In this document: positions 1-11,636 of the stretch, in pieces
How the letters are laid out: every line of letters starts with the position of its first letter
Numbering within the stretch: the stretch's first letter is position 1
Made by a program: the position numbers and the translations under genes
Assembly (NCBI GenBank): GCA_019359745.1
Contig: JAHHGT010000006.1
Location: 153,371 to 217,370, forward strand
Length of the DNA: 64,000 nt
Direction: 5' to 3'
Source of the DNA: Aphanothece saxicola GSE-SYN-MK-01-06B
GTDB lineage: Bacteria; Cyanobacteriota; Cyanobacteriia; PCC-6307; Cyanobiaceae
Notes under the pieces: generated by a model
Told to the model about the DNA's origin: nothing
What the model saw: the letters and a program-made list of their open reading frames with translations, nothing else
Databases searched by the model: none

Positions 1-13
1 AGAGGAGAGCGCT

Positions 14-1312
14 TCAGCCTGGCAGCAGGGTGGCCGCCAGGGGCACGGCCGCCGCCAGCAGTGGAGAGGTGGAATCGTGGCCGCCGGAAAGCAGGCGGGC
101 CATTTCCATCTCCTCGCTCTCCTCGGGCAGGGGCACCACCCCCTCGGCCAGTTCCATGCTCGCCATGCCCCCGGATTCCAGCCGCATGCAGCCCCCCGAC
201 TCCGAACAGAGGATCACGCACAGGGGCGGCCGGAGCACCGGTTGGCAGATCAACCGCATGCCGACGATGGCGCCGGGATGGGTCTTGGGCACCCCCATCG
301 GCACGGGCATGAGCGTGAACTGGACCGCCACCCCGTCGGTGCGCTCGAACTCGGCCGTGATTCCCGGGCCCGGTCCATCCACCTCCACGGTGTAGCTGCT
401 CACCAGGTGCCAACCCAGGCGGTCGGCGATCCAGGCGGCCAGCAGCAGGCCCTTGACCGGGTGGTCCCCCTCCACGTCGATGTCGAGCTGCACCACGTGG
501 CCGAGGGCGTCCCGACGGGACGGGGGGTCGAAGACCATGGCCAGGGACTCGCGCCAGGTGCGCAACCGCAGCCAGTTGAGATCGTTGACGGCCTGGCCGG
601 AGCTGATCCGGGCCAGCATCAGGTCGAGGCAACGGCGCGGTTCCCCGAGGGAACTGTCGATGACGAGCCGCCGGGGCAGCGGCGCCAGCGCCTCCAGCAT
701 CTCGGACGGTTCATCCAGGCTGCTGTTCCACCACACCCAGCAGGGCAGGCTCTCGTCCACCAGGGTCTGGAACAGGTCGAGGCTCTGCTGCAGCGCCCCC
801 ATGCCGCCGCGCAGCACCACCACATCCCCGCAGGCGGCACCGGCGCCGCCCTCCTCCGGCAGCGGGCAGTAGGCGGCGACCAGGGTCTCGAGGGGATGGC
901 CGGGGTCGAGGGTGGGCGCCAGCGTGATCAGCCGCCGTGGCATGTGGGCACTGATGGCGCTTTCGACGAACTGACCGCGCAGGTCCTGGCTCTTGTGGTG
1001 GCCATCCTTCTGGCCGATGGCCCAGGCCAGCCGGGGATCCATCGGCGCCGTGCTGAGGGGCAGGTCGGTGTCCGGCAGGGCCAGGCGGGCCGCCTCGAGA
1101 AGCTCCTGGCGCAGCAGGCCGGTGACCGGCCCATCCACCCGGCCGATGCGCACCATCTGCTGCTCCAGCCAGGAGGGTTCCCACACCACCAGGGTGAAGG
1201 TGGCCGCCCCGATGGACCCCTCCAGATCATGGGTCCAGAGACGCTGGAGGTAGGGATGGACCTCCTCGGGCGGCAGATCGAGGGGAGCCTGGAGGGTGAG
1301 CTGGGGAGCCAT
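14..1312 (-). CDS. opcA: Glucose-6-phosphate dehydrogenase assembly protein OpcA
   Basis: 432-aa ORF immediately downstream of zwf on the same strand. This is the conserved cyanobacterial zwf-opcA pairing, and the length and sequence character (MAPQLTLQAPLDLPPEEVHPYLQRLW...) fit OpcA. Confidence 0.85.
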   Translation of the reverse strand: MAPQLTLQAPLDLPPEEVHPYLQRLWTHDLEGSIGAATFTLVVWEPSWLEQQMVRIGRVDGPVTGLLRQELLEAARLALPDTDLPLSTAPMDPRLAWAIGQKDGHHKSQDLRGQFVESAISAHMPRRLITLAPTLDPGHPLETLVAAYCPLPEEGGAGAACGDVVVLRGGMGALQQSLDLFQTLVDESLPCWVWWNSSLDEPSEMLEALAPLPRRLVIDSSLGEPRRCLDLMLARISSGQAVNDLNWLRLRTWRESLAMVFDPPSRRDALGHVVQLDIDVEGDHPVKGLLLAAWIADRLGWHLVSSYTVEVDGPGPGITAEFERTDGVAVQFTLMPVPMGVPKTHPGAIVGMRLICQPVLRPPLCVILCSESGGCMRLESGGMASMELAEGVVPLPEESEEMEMARLLSGGHDSTSPLLAAAVPLAATLLPG

Positions 1313-1384
1313 GGGGGCGCGGAAGCGTCGGAGTTCGCTGGTCGGCGGAGCTGGAGCGGACGTGAGAGGAGCTGGGGCCGTTCG

Positions 1385-2908
1385 TCAGGGACGACGCCAG
1401 CTGAGGCCGTCATCGGCCAGGAGCCCATCGGCGGCGGCCGGCCCCCAGGTGCGGGCCTCGTAGGGATGGACCGGGAGTTGCCAGGGGGATTCCTCGATCA
1501 GGGCCAGCAGCGGCGTGTACAGGCGCCAGGCCGCCTCCACCTCATCGCTGCGGGTGAACAGGGTGGGATCCCCCAGCATGGCGTCCGCGAGCAGCCGCAC
1601 GTAGCCCTCGTCGGAGGGCTCGCCGAAGGATTCGTCGTAGCTGAAGGCCATGTCGACCGGGCGGCTGCGCATCCCGGAACCCGGCGCCTTCACCTCGAAC
1701 TTGAATTCGGCGCCCTCATCGGGCTGGATGCGCAGGATCAGCTGGTTGGGGGTGGGGGCGCCACCGGCGGCGTCGAAGAGGTGCACCGGGGCCTCACGGA
1801 AGGTGAGCACCACCTCGCTGAGGCGCTTCGGCAAGCGCTTGCCGGTGCGCAGATAGAACGGCACGCCCTGCCAGCGCCAGTTGTTGATGGCCACCTTCAT
1901 GGCCACATAGGTCTCGGTGGTGCTGTTGGCGTTCACCCCCGGCTCCTGGCGATAGCCGGGCAAGGGCTTGGTCATGCTGCCGCCGGCGGCGTACTGGCCC
2001 CGCACGCAGCATTTCCAGGCCTCCTCCTCATTGGCCAGGCGCGCCGACTGCAGCACCTTGGCCTTCTCGTTCCGGATCGCCTCCGGATCGAAGCGGCCGG
2101 GGGCCTCCATGGCCGTGAGGGCCAGGATCTGGGTGAGGTGGTTCTGCACCATGTCCCGCAGGGCGCCGGACGACTCGTAGTAGCCGGCCCGTTCCTCCAC
2201 CCCCACGGTTTCGGCGGCGGTGATCTGGACGCTGGAGATGTAGTTCCGGTTCCAGATCGGCTCGAAGATCGTGTTGGCAAAGCGCAACACCAGGATGTTC
2301 TGGACCGTTTCCTTGCCCAGGTAATGGTCGATGCGGAACACCTGGCTTTCCTTGGCGCAGGCCTGCACCACCTTGTTGAGGGCCTGGGCGCTGGCGTAAT
2401 CCCGGCCGAAGGGCTTCTCGATCACCACCCGGCTGCGTTCCGGATCGGCCAGCAGGCCGGCACCGGCCAGGGCACGGCAGCCGCTGCCGTAGAACTCCGG
2501 CGACACCGAGAGGTAGAAGGTGCGATTGCCGCGGGTGGCCCGCAACCGGTCGATGACCTCGAGCCGCTGGCCGAGACGCACCAGGTGGTCGGGCTGCTGC
2601 AGATCCACCGGCTCGTAGAAGAGCCCCTGGGCGAACTGGTCCCAGGCACTGCGGTGCGCGGCGATCTCATCGGAGAGCGCCGCGCCCATCTTGTCGCGGA
2701 ATTCCTCGTCGCTCCAGGGACGCCGGGCGCAACCCAGCACGGCGAACTCGCTGGGCAGCCGCCGCTGGCGGAACAGCTCGAACAGCGCTGGGATCAGCTT
2801 GCGGTGGGTGAGGTCGCCACTGGCCCCGAAGATGACGATGCACTGGGGCGAGATCACCCGCTCCTGGCGCAGACCCACCCGCAGGGGATTGGTGAGGATG
2901 GCGGTCAT
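1385..2908 (-). CDS. zwf: Glucose-6-phosphate 1-dehydrogenase
   Basis: 507 aa with the G6PD NADP-binding motif IFGASGDLTHRKLIPALF and the active-site region RIDHYLGKE. Confidence 0.95.
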   Translation of the reverse strand: MTAILTNPLRVGLRQERVISPQCIVIFGASGDLTHRKLIPALFELFRQRRLPSEFAVLGCARRPWSDEEFRDKMGAALSDEIAAHRSAWDQFAQGLFYEPVDLQQPDHLVRLGQRLEVIDRLRATRGNRTFYLSVSPEFYGSGCRALAGAGLLADPERSRVVIEKPFGRDYASAQALNKVVQACAKESQVFRIDHYLGKETVQNILVLRFANTIFEPIWNRNYISSVQITAAETVGVEERAGYYESSGALRDMVQNHLTQILALTAMEAPGRFDPEAIRNEKAKVLQSARLANEEEAWKCCVRGQYAAGGSMTKPLPGYRQEPGVNANSTTETYVAMKVAINNWRWQGVPFYLRTGKRLPKRLSEVVLTFREAPVHLFDAAGGAPTPNQLILRIQPDEGAEFKFEVKAPGSGMRSRPVDMAFSYDESFGEPSDEGYVRLLADAMLGDPTLFTRSDEVEAAWRLYTPLLALIEESPWQLPVHPYEARTWGPAAADGLLADDGLSWRRP

Positions 2909-3013
2909 GGGGAGGGCGTCCGGTCACCCTGGTTTAACGGCTGCTCCGTCATCCCGCTGCATCGCCGCCGCAGGGAGCCTGCCGGTGTGAGCATTCTCGG
3001 ATCGTCGCCCATG

Positions 3014-3035
3014 AAAAAGCCCGCCGGAGGCGGGC
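3014..3035 (-). terminator. Rho-independent terminator downstream of petH
   Basis: GC-rich hairpin gcccgcc-gga-ggcgggc. It is preceded on the + strand by AAAAA, which is a U-run after the hairpin on the minus strand, and lies 37 nt past the petH stop. Confidence 0.5.
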
Positions 3036-3071
3036 CTGGGGGCGATGCGAGGGGCTGGATCGCCGCCGGGG

Positions 3072-4283
<1,212 letters not shown>

Positions 4284-4468
4284 TCACGTCCCTTCGGGCT
4301 GCCGTCTTTGACCGGAAAGCGGAAACACGGGCTAGTTTGTGTCCCGACGCACCCCTGCAGGTGCCGTCCGCTGCCACCTTTCCCCAAGCCCCGAGCGAGC
4401 TCCGATCCCTCTTGGCCCAGCCCCTGGCGTTGTTTCCCAGCCCCGTGACCCTCCCTTCCCCCGAGGCC

Positions 4469-4987
4469 ATGGTCGCCAGAGAGGCCTGTTGCGCCCTCGA
4501 CACGATCCAGCAGGAGATGGAGCGGCTCCCCCATGGCACCCGCCGTCTCGCCGTGCAGTTGCGGCTGAGCCTCGCCCCCGAGTGGATCTGGTCGGTGCTC
4601 ACCGACTACGACCACCTCGACAGCTTCATCCCCAACCTGGCCAGTTCCCGCCAGCTCTGGCGCCGCGGCAACCAGGTGGCCCTCGAGCAGGTGGGTACCC
4701 AGCAGTTCTGCGGCCTGCGCTTCAGTGCCCGCGTGCAGCTGGAGCTCAATGAAGAGCCGGACCAGGGCCGCCTCGCCTTCCGCATGCTGGAGGGTGATTT
4801 CCGCTGCTTCCAGGGCCTCTGGCAGGTGGGCGTCGACGACACCAGCACCTGGCTCCTCTACGACCTCACCGTGCAGGGCAAACCGGGCATGCCGATCGGT
4901 CTGATCGAGCAGCGCCTCAAGGAGGACCTGGCCAGCAACCTGCGGGGCGTGCAGCGGGAAGCGCAGCGACGCTTCGAAGCCGGCTGA
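4469..4987 (+). CDS. SRPBCC (START/cyclase-dehydrase-like) family protein
   Basis: Pattern typical of cyanobacterial cyclase/dehydrase proteins (LTDYDHLDSFIPNL, FRMLEGDFRCFQGLWQV). The long ORF opens at 4337, but ATG 4469 leaves room for the divergent petH promoter. Start uncertain. Confidence 0.6.
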   Translation: MVAREACCALDTIQQEMERLPHGTRRLAVQLRLSLAPEWIWSVLTDYDHLDSFIPNLASSRQLWRRGNQVALEQVGTQQFCGLRFSARVQLELNEEPDQGRLAFRMLEGDFRCFQGLWQVGVDDTSTWLLYDLTVQGKPGMPIGLIEQRLKEDLASNLRGVQREAQRRFEAG

Positions 4988-5126
4988 GGCCCTCGGCGGC
5001 TCGCCAGCTTTCTAGCGCCTGACCACATCCGCAGCGCAGGCTCGGCACAGGCGGCGCAGCGCCTTGGCACAGCTTCAACAGGAACTCGGGCCAAAGCGAC
5101 GTCGCCTCGGACCCGGAACCGATGGA

Positions 5127-5199
5127 TACCCCCAAGGGGATTCGAACCCCTGTCGCCTCCGTGAAAGGGAGGTGTCCTAGGCCTCTAGACGATGGGGGC
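5127..5199 (-). tRNA. tRNA-Glu (anticodon UUC)
   Basis: The reverse complement reads GCCCCCATCGTCTAGAGGCCTAGGACACCTCCCTTTCACGGAGGCGACAGGGGTTCGAATCCCCTTGGGGGTA. It has a 7-bp acceptor stem, a GGTTCGAATCC T-arm and the anticodon loop CTTTCAC. CCA is not encoded. Confidence 0.9.
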
Positions 5200-5263
5200 G
5201 AGGCCACAGCCGGCTCACCGCCGATCTGATGTGATGGACGCTACGGGCCGGAGGGACCCTTCG

Positions 5264-6427
5264 TCAAGAAAGGTCGCTGTTGGCGCGCTCGGGCTCGGGG
5301 GAGCTCTGGCCGGTCCAGACCGGCACCGTGAAATTGAAACAGGCGCCCTCCCCGGGCTCGGACACCACCCAGATGCGGCCGCCGTGCACTTCGGCGATGC
5401 GGCGGCACACGGACAGCCCCACACCGAAGCCGGAGGTGGTGCCGGAGGTCTGGGGCAGCCGTACCCGGTCCTGGAAGATGCGGTGCTGCTCCTGGCGGGG
5501 AATGCCAGGGCCGCTGTCGCAGATGCTCACCTGCACCCACTGGCTGGTGCGGTGCATGAGGCTGAGGCTCACCTTGCCGCCATCGGGGGTGAACTTCAGG
5601 GCGTTCTCCAGCAGGTTGAGCATCACCTGTCGCATGCGCCGCTGGTCGGCATGGACATCGGGCAGGTCGGCGGGGATGTCGGTGACCAGCTGCAACCCCC
5701 GACCCAGCCAGAGCTTCTCCAGTTCCAGGATGGCTTCGGCCGCCACCTGGCTCAGGTCGAGCCGCTGGGGATTGAACATGGCTTCCCAGCGGGTGGTGCC
5801 CACTTCCAGCAGGTCCCTGGAGAGGGCCTCGATGTCGTCGAGCCTGCGGTTGAGCACGTCGCGAAAGCGGCTCTCGTCGATCTGGCCCAGGGCGTGACTC
5901 TGCAGGGCCAGCTTGGCGGCGGTGAGGGGGGTGCGCAGCTCATGGGCCACCATGCGCAGCAGCCGCTCCTGGACCCCGAGCCGCTCGATCAGGGTTTCGT
6001 TCTCCTGGCGCAGCACCAGCAGCTGGTCCTCGAGCTGCACCTCCCGCTGGCTGCGGCTGCCGTCGATCTCCGCCGGCCGCAGACTCAGCCCCAGGCTGGT
6101 GACCACCTCCATCTGTTGCCAGCGGGGCAGCCAGGTGCGCAGCTGCACCGCCAGGGTGTTGCCGGCAAAGACCTGCTTCGGCAGGGGATCGAGCTTGATC
6201 AGGGCCGGGGTGGCCACCAGCCTGTGCAGTTCAAGCAGTTCGGGATGGTCGGCCGGATCGGCCACCTGCAGCGACACCTTGTAGGTGCACTCTTCCGAGT
6301 TGAGGAAGCCCAGCAGGGCACGCAGGTCGGCCGAAGCCATGTGGTGGCGGGCCGCCACCAGCAGCAGCTTCAGCGGTTTCTGGGCCTCAGCGACGGCGAC
6401 GCTGGCCTCGCTGCTGGCGGCTGGCAC
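5264..6427 (-). CDS. sasA: Adaptive-response sensor histidine kinase SasA (KaiB-like N-terminal domain)
   Basis: KaiB-like domain ([10 protein letters not shown]...[15 protein letters not shown]), H-box [11 protein letters not shown], and ATPase boxes [28 protein letters not shown] at 6427 gives 387 aa; in-frame ATGs at 6520, 6574 and 6694 are alternatives. Confidence 0.8.
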   Translation of the reverse strand: MPAASSEASVAVAEAQKPLKLLLVAARHHMASADLRALLGFLNSEECTYKVSLQVADPADHPELLELHRLVATPALIKLDPLPKQVFAGNTLAVQLRTWLPRWQQMEVVTSLGLSLRPAEIDGSRSQREVQLEDQLLVLRQENETLIERLGVQERLLRMVAHELRTPLTAAKLALQSHALGQIDESRFRDVLNRRLDDIEALSRDLLEVGTTRWEAMFNPQRLDLSQVAAEAILELEKLWLGRGLQLVTDIPADLPDVHADQRRMRQVMLNLLENALKFTPDGGKVSLSLMHRTSQWVQVSICDSGPGIPRQEQHRIFQDRVRLPQTSGTTSGFGVGLSVCRRIAEVHGGRIWVVSEPGEGACFNFTVPVWTGQSSPEPERANSDLS

Positions 6428-6572
6428 CGTCGACGTCGGGAACTCGGACTCCCCCAAGACCGGCAACGGCGGGCATGCGGCAATGCACCCAACCTTATGG
6501 GGTTCTGGGCACAACCCCATGAACCTCGCTAGGACTTCGGGGATCGCCAGTCTGTGCCGGGGTGGGCCAGCC

Positions 6573-7130
6573 ATGACCACACCAAGACAACCGGGCCTTG
6601 CCAGTGGGGTTCCCGTGCAGAGCCGCATCCGCCTCGACACCAGCCTGCGGCGCTGGTTCGCCCGCAATCTGGGCCTGTGGCGCTCGCGCCGCACCTACTT
6701 CTTCACCGAGGGCGACGAGGTTCTCCAGGTCGACATGAACCTGCGCATCGAGGTCCACAGCGAACTGGTGGACGGGGATGAGGGGTACCGGTTCACCTGG
6801 TGGGCGGAGGGGCATCAGACGTTCTTCGAGACCAAACCCGACTACAGGCCCGAGGGGACGATGGAGGCCTGGCTGTGCGGCCACCAGCTGCGACGCAGCT
6901 GTGGCTACCTGGCGGGGGCACCCACCGTCAGCCAGATCCGCCAGATCGATGAGCACACCATGGCGTTCCAGTCCCACTACGACGATTGGGAGGTGCTGGA
7001 GCAGATCCGCCTGGTGGATGGGGACAACTACCGCTCCCGTTCGATCCACACCTGGCGCCACGGCCGTCTCGAGCTGGTGGAGCTCCACCACGAGATCCGG
7101 CTGGAGCCCGCCGGAGAACCGATCGGTTAA
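6573..7130 (+). CDS. Phycobiliprotein lyase, CpcS/CpeS family
   Basis: 185 aa from ATG 6573. The N-terminal [16 protein letters not shown] matches the F..S.G.WRS.RT motif of S-type lyases. The C-terminal pattern (RSCGYL...[22 protein letters not shown]...HHEIRLE) parallels the lipocalin-like fold. Subfamily not assignable by eye. Confidence 0.6.
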   Translation: MTTPRQPGLASGVPVQSRIRLDTSLRRWFARNLGLWRSRRTYFFTEGDEVLQVDMNLRIEVHSELVDGDEGYRFTWWAEGHQTFFETKPDYRPEGTMEAWLCGHQLRRSCGYLAGAPTVSQIRQIDEHTMAFQSHYDDWEVLEQIRLVDGDNYRSRSIHTWRHGRLELVELHHEIRLEPAGEPIG

Positions 7131-7242
7131 GCGCTGTCGGCGCAGGGGACCCGGCCGCAGGGCCGCCTCGCGGAGCGGACTCTGCGGCGGGTGTGGCGGC
7201 CGCTGTGATGCATCACGATGGTGGTTCACGGATTCCTATCCC

Positions 7243-7659
7243 TTGTCTCTCCTGCTCCGCCGCACCCGGCCGCTGCTGGTGGCACCCCTGCTGGCCATGC
7301 CGCTGCTGCTGGCCCCCGTGGCGGCCCATGCCGCAGCCGCCACCTCCGCTGAGATGGCTCTCTACACCCGCATCGGCGCCGTCAACGTCTGCATCTCCCG
7401 CGCCGCCGGCATCGACTTCGAAAAATCGGTGGGTATCGCCGGCGAAACCATCGCCCAGCTGATCCTCGGCCAGCACAAGGGAGAAATCCAACAAGTGGGC
7501 GCCAAGGCGCTCACCATCGAGGAACTGCGCCGCGGCGCCATCAACTCGGCCGTGCTCGGTGCCGCCGAAATCTGCCCCAAGGAAGTGCCTGCCGACGTCA
7601 TGAAGAAGGTTCAGGACGCCATCAAGCAACAGGGCGCCGCCAAGCCAGCCCCCAAGTGA
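7243..7659 (+). CDS. Secreted/periplasmic conserved hypothetical protein
   Basis: The C-terminal half of ORF 6778..7659 has protein-like composition. TTG at 7243 yields a classical signal peptide (SLLLRRTRPLLVAPLLAMPLLLAPVAAHA/AAA). Start uncertain (an ATG at 7294 is possible). Confidence 0.5.
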   Translation: MSLLLRRTRPLLVAPLLAMPLLLAPVAAHAAAATSAEMALYTRIGAVNVCISRAAGIDFEKSVGIAGETIAQLILGQHKGEIQQVGAKALTIEELRRGAINSAVLGAAEICPKEVPADVMKKVQDAIKQQGAAKPAPK

Positions 7660-7666
7660 GCCACTG

Positions 7667-10375
7667 ATGGCCGTCGTGCACCTCGCCGACTACCGGCCGG
7701 CGCCCTATCTGCTCGAGCGCACTGATCTCACGGTGCGCCTGTTCGCTGACCATGCCCTGGTGGAGGCGCGACTGGCGTTCCTCCCCAGGCCCGGTGCCGA
7801 TGGGCCGCTGGAGCTGAAGGGCGTCGATCTGGAGCTGCGGGCCCTGGAGCTTGACGGTGTTCGTCTGCCCGCCGGAGCATTCCAGCTGGAGCACGACCGC
7901 CTGCTGCTGCTGCAGCCGCCCGATCGGCCCTTCGTGGTCACCAGCACGGTGTGGCTCGATCCGCGGGCCAACACCAGCCTCGAAGGGCTCTACGTGAGCG
8001 GAGGGATGGTCACCACCCAGTGCGAGGCGGAGGGGTTCCGCCGCATCACCTACCACCCGGATCGCCCCGACCTGCTCAGCCGCTTCCGGGTGCGGATCGA
8101 GGCCGACCGGTCGGCCGCTCCGGTGCTGCTCTCCAACGGCAACAGCGTCGACAGCGGCGACCTGCCGCCCGGACCCGACGGGGAAGCCCGCCACTACGCC
8201 GTCTGGGACGACCCGTTCCCCAAACCCTCCTACCTGTTCGCCCTGGTGGCGGGCCAGCTGGAGGAGATCCGCGACACGTTTGTCACGGCCAGCGGGCGGT
8301 CGGTGCAGCTGCGCCTGCATGTCGAGCCGGGCGATGCCCCCTTCACCACCCACGCCATGGCATCCCTGAAGCGGGCGATGCAGTGGGACGAGCGCGTCTA
8401 TGGCCTGGAGTACGACCTCGACGAATACAACATCGTTGCGGTGCGCCACTTCAACATGGGCGCGATGGAGAACAAGAGCCTCAACATCTTCAACTCCAAG
8501 CTGGTGCTCGCCGATGCCGCCACGGCCACCGACGGCGAACTGGAGCGCATTGAAAGTGTGATCGCCCACGAGTATTTCCACAATTGGACGGGCAACCGCA
8601 TCACCTGCCGCGACTGGTTCCAGCTGTCGTTGAAGGAGGGGCTCACCGTCTTTCGCGATCAGAGCTTCTCGGCCGATCTGCATGGCCATGCGCTCAACCG
8701 GATCGAGAACGTGGCGATGCTGCGCAACACCCAGTTCCGGGAGGATGCTGGTCCCACGGCCCATCCGGTGCAGCCGGATCAGTACCAGGCGATCGATAAT
8801 TTCTATACCACCACGATCTACGAGAAGGGCTCGGAGGTGATCCGGGTGCTGCACACCCTGCTGGGGGAAGAGACCTTCCAGCGCGGCATGGCGCTGTATG
8901 TGGAGCGCCACGACGGCACCGCCGCCACCTGCGAAGACTTCGTCCAGGCGATGCAGGATGCCGCCGGCGAAGTGGACGACAGCTGCCGCCTGCCGCCCTT
9001 CGATTTCGTGCAGTTCCGCCGCTGGTATCACCAGGCGGGCACGCCGGTGCTGCGGATCCGGCGCCGCTGGAACAAGGCCGCCGGGACCCTGGAGCTGTTT
9101 GTGCGCCAGGACACCCCCGCCACTCCCGGCCAGCCCCTCAAGCAACCCCTGGTGATTCCGCTGGCGGTGGGGCTGGTGGGCCAGGCCGGCCAGCCCCTGC
9201 CGATGCGGCTGGTGGCCGACGACCCCGACCACGGCGCAGCGCCCCTGCTGGGCCGCCGCTGGGGGGCGGGCACACGCCTGCTGCTGATTGACCATGAGGA
9301 GCAGGTCTTCCGCTTCGAGGGGCTGCCGGCCCAGTCGCCGCCGCCGGCCCTCTCCCTGCTGCGCCAGTTTTCAGCGCCGGTGCGGGTGGAGCTGGGGCGG
9401 CCCAGCAGCGAGCTGGTGCACCTGCTGGCCGCCGACAGCGACCCCTTCGCCCGCTGGGACGCCGGCCAGCTGCTGCTGCGCCGGGCCGTGCTGCGCCGGG
9501 CCGCCGGCCGGGTGGATGGGGGCCTGGAGGAGGCGCTGGTCGCCGCCTTCGAGCGGATCCTGGCCGATCCCTCCCTGTCGGAGGCCAGCCGCAGCGTGCT
9601 GCTGGCCCTGCCGGGCCTGGCCGAACTGGAGGATGCCGCGCCGCAGCCCGATCCGCCGGCCCTGTTCGCCGCCCTGCAGGCCCTGCGTGGCCGCTTCGGG
9701 GAGGCCCTGGCCGAACCGCTGCAGCGGGCCCTGCAACGCTGCAGCGATCAATGGACCCTGGCCTGGCCGGAGGGGGTGGGCGACCGGATGCTGACGGGCT
9801 CGATCTGGAGCTGGCGGGTGGCCGCCGGCGACGCCGCGGTGATCGCCGCGGCGCGGGCCGCGGTGGATGGCCCGTCGATGACCCTGGCCCGGGCGGGCCT
9901 GCGGGCGCTGCAGGATCACCCGATCGCCGCCCGCCAGGAGGCGATGGAGGCCTTCTATGCCCGCTGGGAGCAGAAGCCGGTGATCCTCGATTCCTGGTTC
10001 GCCCTGGAGGCTTCAGCCCCCTTCGCCGATGGCCTGGAACGGGTGCAGCGGCTCCTCGACCATCCCCGTTTCGATCCGGCGGCCCCCAACTCGGTGCGGG
10101 CGGTGCTGGGGGGACTGGCGGGCAACCCGCCGGTGTTCCATGCCGCCGACGGCAGCGGCTACCGCTTCATGGCCGACCAGATCGCTGCCCTGGACCAGCG
10201 CAATCCGATCACGGCCTCGCGCCTGGCCAAGGTGTTCAGCCGCTGGCAGAGCTACGGCCCCGGGCGGCGGGAGCGGATGCGGGAGGCCCTCGACCAACTG
10301 GCGGCGGCCGAACTCTCCACCAACACCCGCGAGGTGGTGGGCCAATGCCTCGGAGCGGCTGCCGAAAACGCCTAG
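7667..10375 (+). CDS. pepN: Aminopeptidase N (M1 family)
   Basis: 902 aa with the GAMEN exopeptidase motif and the zinc motif HEYFHNWTGNR...LKEG. Confidence 0.95.
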   Translation: MAVVHLADYRPAPYLLERTDLTVRLFADHALVEARLAFLPRPGADGPLELKGVDLELRALELDGVRLPAGAFQLEHDRLLLLQPPDRPFVVTSTVWLDPRANTSLEGLYVSGGMVTTQCEAEGFRRITYHPDRPDLLSRFRVRIEADRSAAPVLLSNGNSVDSGDLPPGPDGEARHYAVWDDPFPKPSYLFALVAGQLEEIRDTFVTASGRSVQLRLHVEPGDAPFTTHAMASLKRAMQWDERVYGLEYDLDEYNIVAVRHFNMGAMENKSLNIFNSKLVLADAATATDGELERIESVIAHEYFHNWTGNRITCRDWFQLSLKEGLTVFRDQSFSADLHGHALNRIENVAMLRNTQFREDAGPTAHPVQPDQYQAIDNFYTTTIYEKGSEVIRVLHTLLGEETFQRGMALYVERHDGTAATCEDFVQAMQDAAGEVDDSCRLPPFDFVQFRRWYHQAGTPVLRIRRRWNKAAGTLELFVRQDTPATPGQPLKQPLVIPLAVGLVGQAGQPLPMRLVADDPDHGAAPLLGRRWGAGTRLLLIDHEEQVFRFEGLPAQSPPPALSLLRQFSAPVRVELGRPSSELVHLLAADSDPFARWDAGQLLLRRAVLRRAAGRVDGGLEEALVAAFERILADPSLSEASRSVLLALPGLAELEDAAPQPDPPALFAALQALRGRFGEALAEPLQRALQRCSDQWTLAWPEGVGDRMLTGSIWSWRVAAGDAAVIAAARAAVDGPSMTLARAGLRALQDHPIAARQEAMEAFYARWEQKPVILDSWFALEASAPFADGLERVQRLLDHPRFDPAAPNSVRAVLGGLAGNPPVFHAADGSGYRFMADQIAALDQRNPITASRLAKVFSRWQSYGPGRRERMREALDQLAAAELSTNTREVVGQCLGAAAENA

Positions 10376-11625
10376 CGGCTGCCGAACACCGCTTTGTTGA
10401 GGCGTCGGAAGGCGGCCTGGCGGACGGCGGCCCCCTCCGGACCGGCGTGCTGGCCCCAGAGTCCCTCCCAGTAGAAGAAGATCACGCCGTGGCCCCGGGC
10501 GGCGGAGAGACGCACCTTCTGCTCGAGGGTGGCCATGTCGGGGGTGCGGCCGCCGAAACCGGAGAGGATGCCGATCTCCACCGGCATGCCCCAGCGGCGG
10601 GCCTTCACCAACGCCGGCTGATCCAGATCACGGGCGAAGCCCTTCACCGAATAGGCGTAGTTCTGCACGATCAGGTCGTCGACCAGTTCGCCCAGGGCCC
10701 AGAGCTCCCAGTCCTGGAGCCAGTGGTTGAAGGCGAAGCGGAACGGGCCCGGCGACAGGCTGATGACGGTGCGGCGGGGGCCGCCCACGGTCTGGATGGT
10801 GCCCCGCAGTTCGCGCAGCAAGGCAGTGAGCTGCTGGCGGCGCCACTTCATCCAGTAACGGTCGTTGAAGTTGGCCGGCGGCTCCCGGCCGGTGTCCGCC
10901 AGATAGCGGGCGCGGGTGTAGGGGTCGTAGCCCAGTTCCACCGGCCAGGCGAAGTGGTCATCGAGCTGGATGCCATCCACGCCGCAGCGCTGGACAATCT
11001 CGCTGATCAGGCCGATGAAGCGGGCCCTCACCCCGGGGTGGGCCGGGTTCAGCCACACCCGCAGGTCCTTGAGCGGGGAGGTTTTCAGGTTGGCGCCGTG
11101 CATGGCGTAGAGCGCGCTGCCATCGGCGCGGCGCAGCACCCACTCGGGATGGAGCTGGACGACATCGGCATCGGCCGGCTCCATCAGGCCGTACTCGAAC
11201 CAGGGGATCACCTGCATGCCGCGGCGATGGGCCGCCTTGGTGAAGCGGCAGATCGGGTCGAGGCCGGGGTTGGAACGGGCCAGGGCCGGCTCCAACGGCG
11301 CCCAGCGGCTGCGGTGGAAGGTGGCTCCCCGACTCCAGACGTTGGGATAGAGGGTGTTGAAGCCGGCGGCATCGAGCTGCGCCACGGCGGTCTCGATGCG
11401 TTTGGCGTCGTAGTAGAGGGGGCTGGGGCTGTTGGTGAGCCAGACGCCGATGCGGCGCTCGAAGCGACCGGGCAGGCGGCCTTCGGCATCGGCCGGCCGG
11501 GGGGCCCCCAACGTCAAGGCGAGCAGGGCCGTGACCAGCACGGTGAGCGGCACCGGCAGGTGGCGCTTCAGATGGGCGAAACGCTTGAGCGGCACCCGCT
11601 GGACGGGCTGTGGAGAGGCGGGCAT
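10372..11625 (-). CDS. Secreted glycoside-hydrolase-like protein (GHL10/DUF187, YngK-like)
   Basis: 417 aa with a signal peptide (LTVLVTALLALTLGAPRPADA). The TIM-barrel-like pattern GVWLT...GFNTLYPNVW...VIPWFEYG...DGIQLDDHF is typical of DUF187. A paralog lies at 51276..52448. Confidence 0.7.
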   Translation of the reverse strand: MPASPQPVQRVPLKRFAHLKRHLPVPLTVLVTALLALTLGAPRPADAEGRLPGRFERRIGVWLTNSPSPLYYDAKRIETAVAQLDAAGFNTLYPNVWSRGATFHRSRWAPLEPALARSNPGLDPICRFTKAAHRRGMQVIPWFEYGLMEPADADVVQLHPEWVLRRADGSALYAMHGANLKTSPLKDLRVWLNPAHPGVRARFIGLISEIVQRCGVDGIQLDDHFAWPVELGYDPYTRARYLADTGREPPANFNDRYWMKWRRQQLTALLRELRGTIQTVGGPRRTVISLSPGPFRFAFNHWLQDWELWALGELVDDLIVQNYAYSVKGFARDLDQPALVKARRWGMPVEIGILSGFGGRTPDMATLEQKVRLSAARGHGVIFFYWEGLWGQHAGPEGAAVRQAAFRRLNKAVFGSR

Positions 11626-11636
11626 GGTGGTGCCGC

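Noticed and set aside
10372-10375. CTAG four-base overlap of convergent stop codons (also at 13254-13257)
   Set aside because: It is real but trivial. TAG on one strand reads as CTA on the other, so it is a by-product of tight packing, not a signal.
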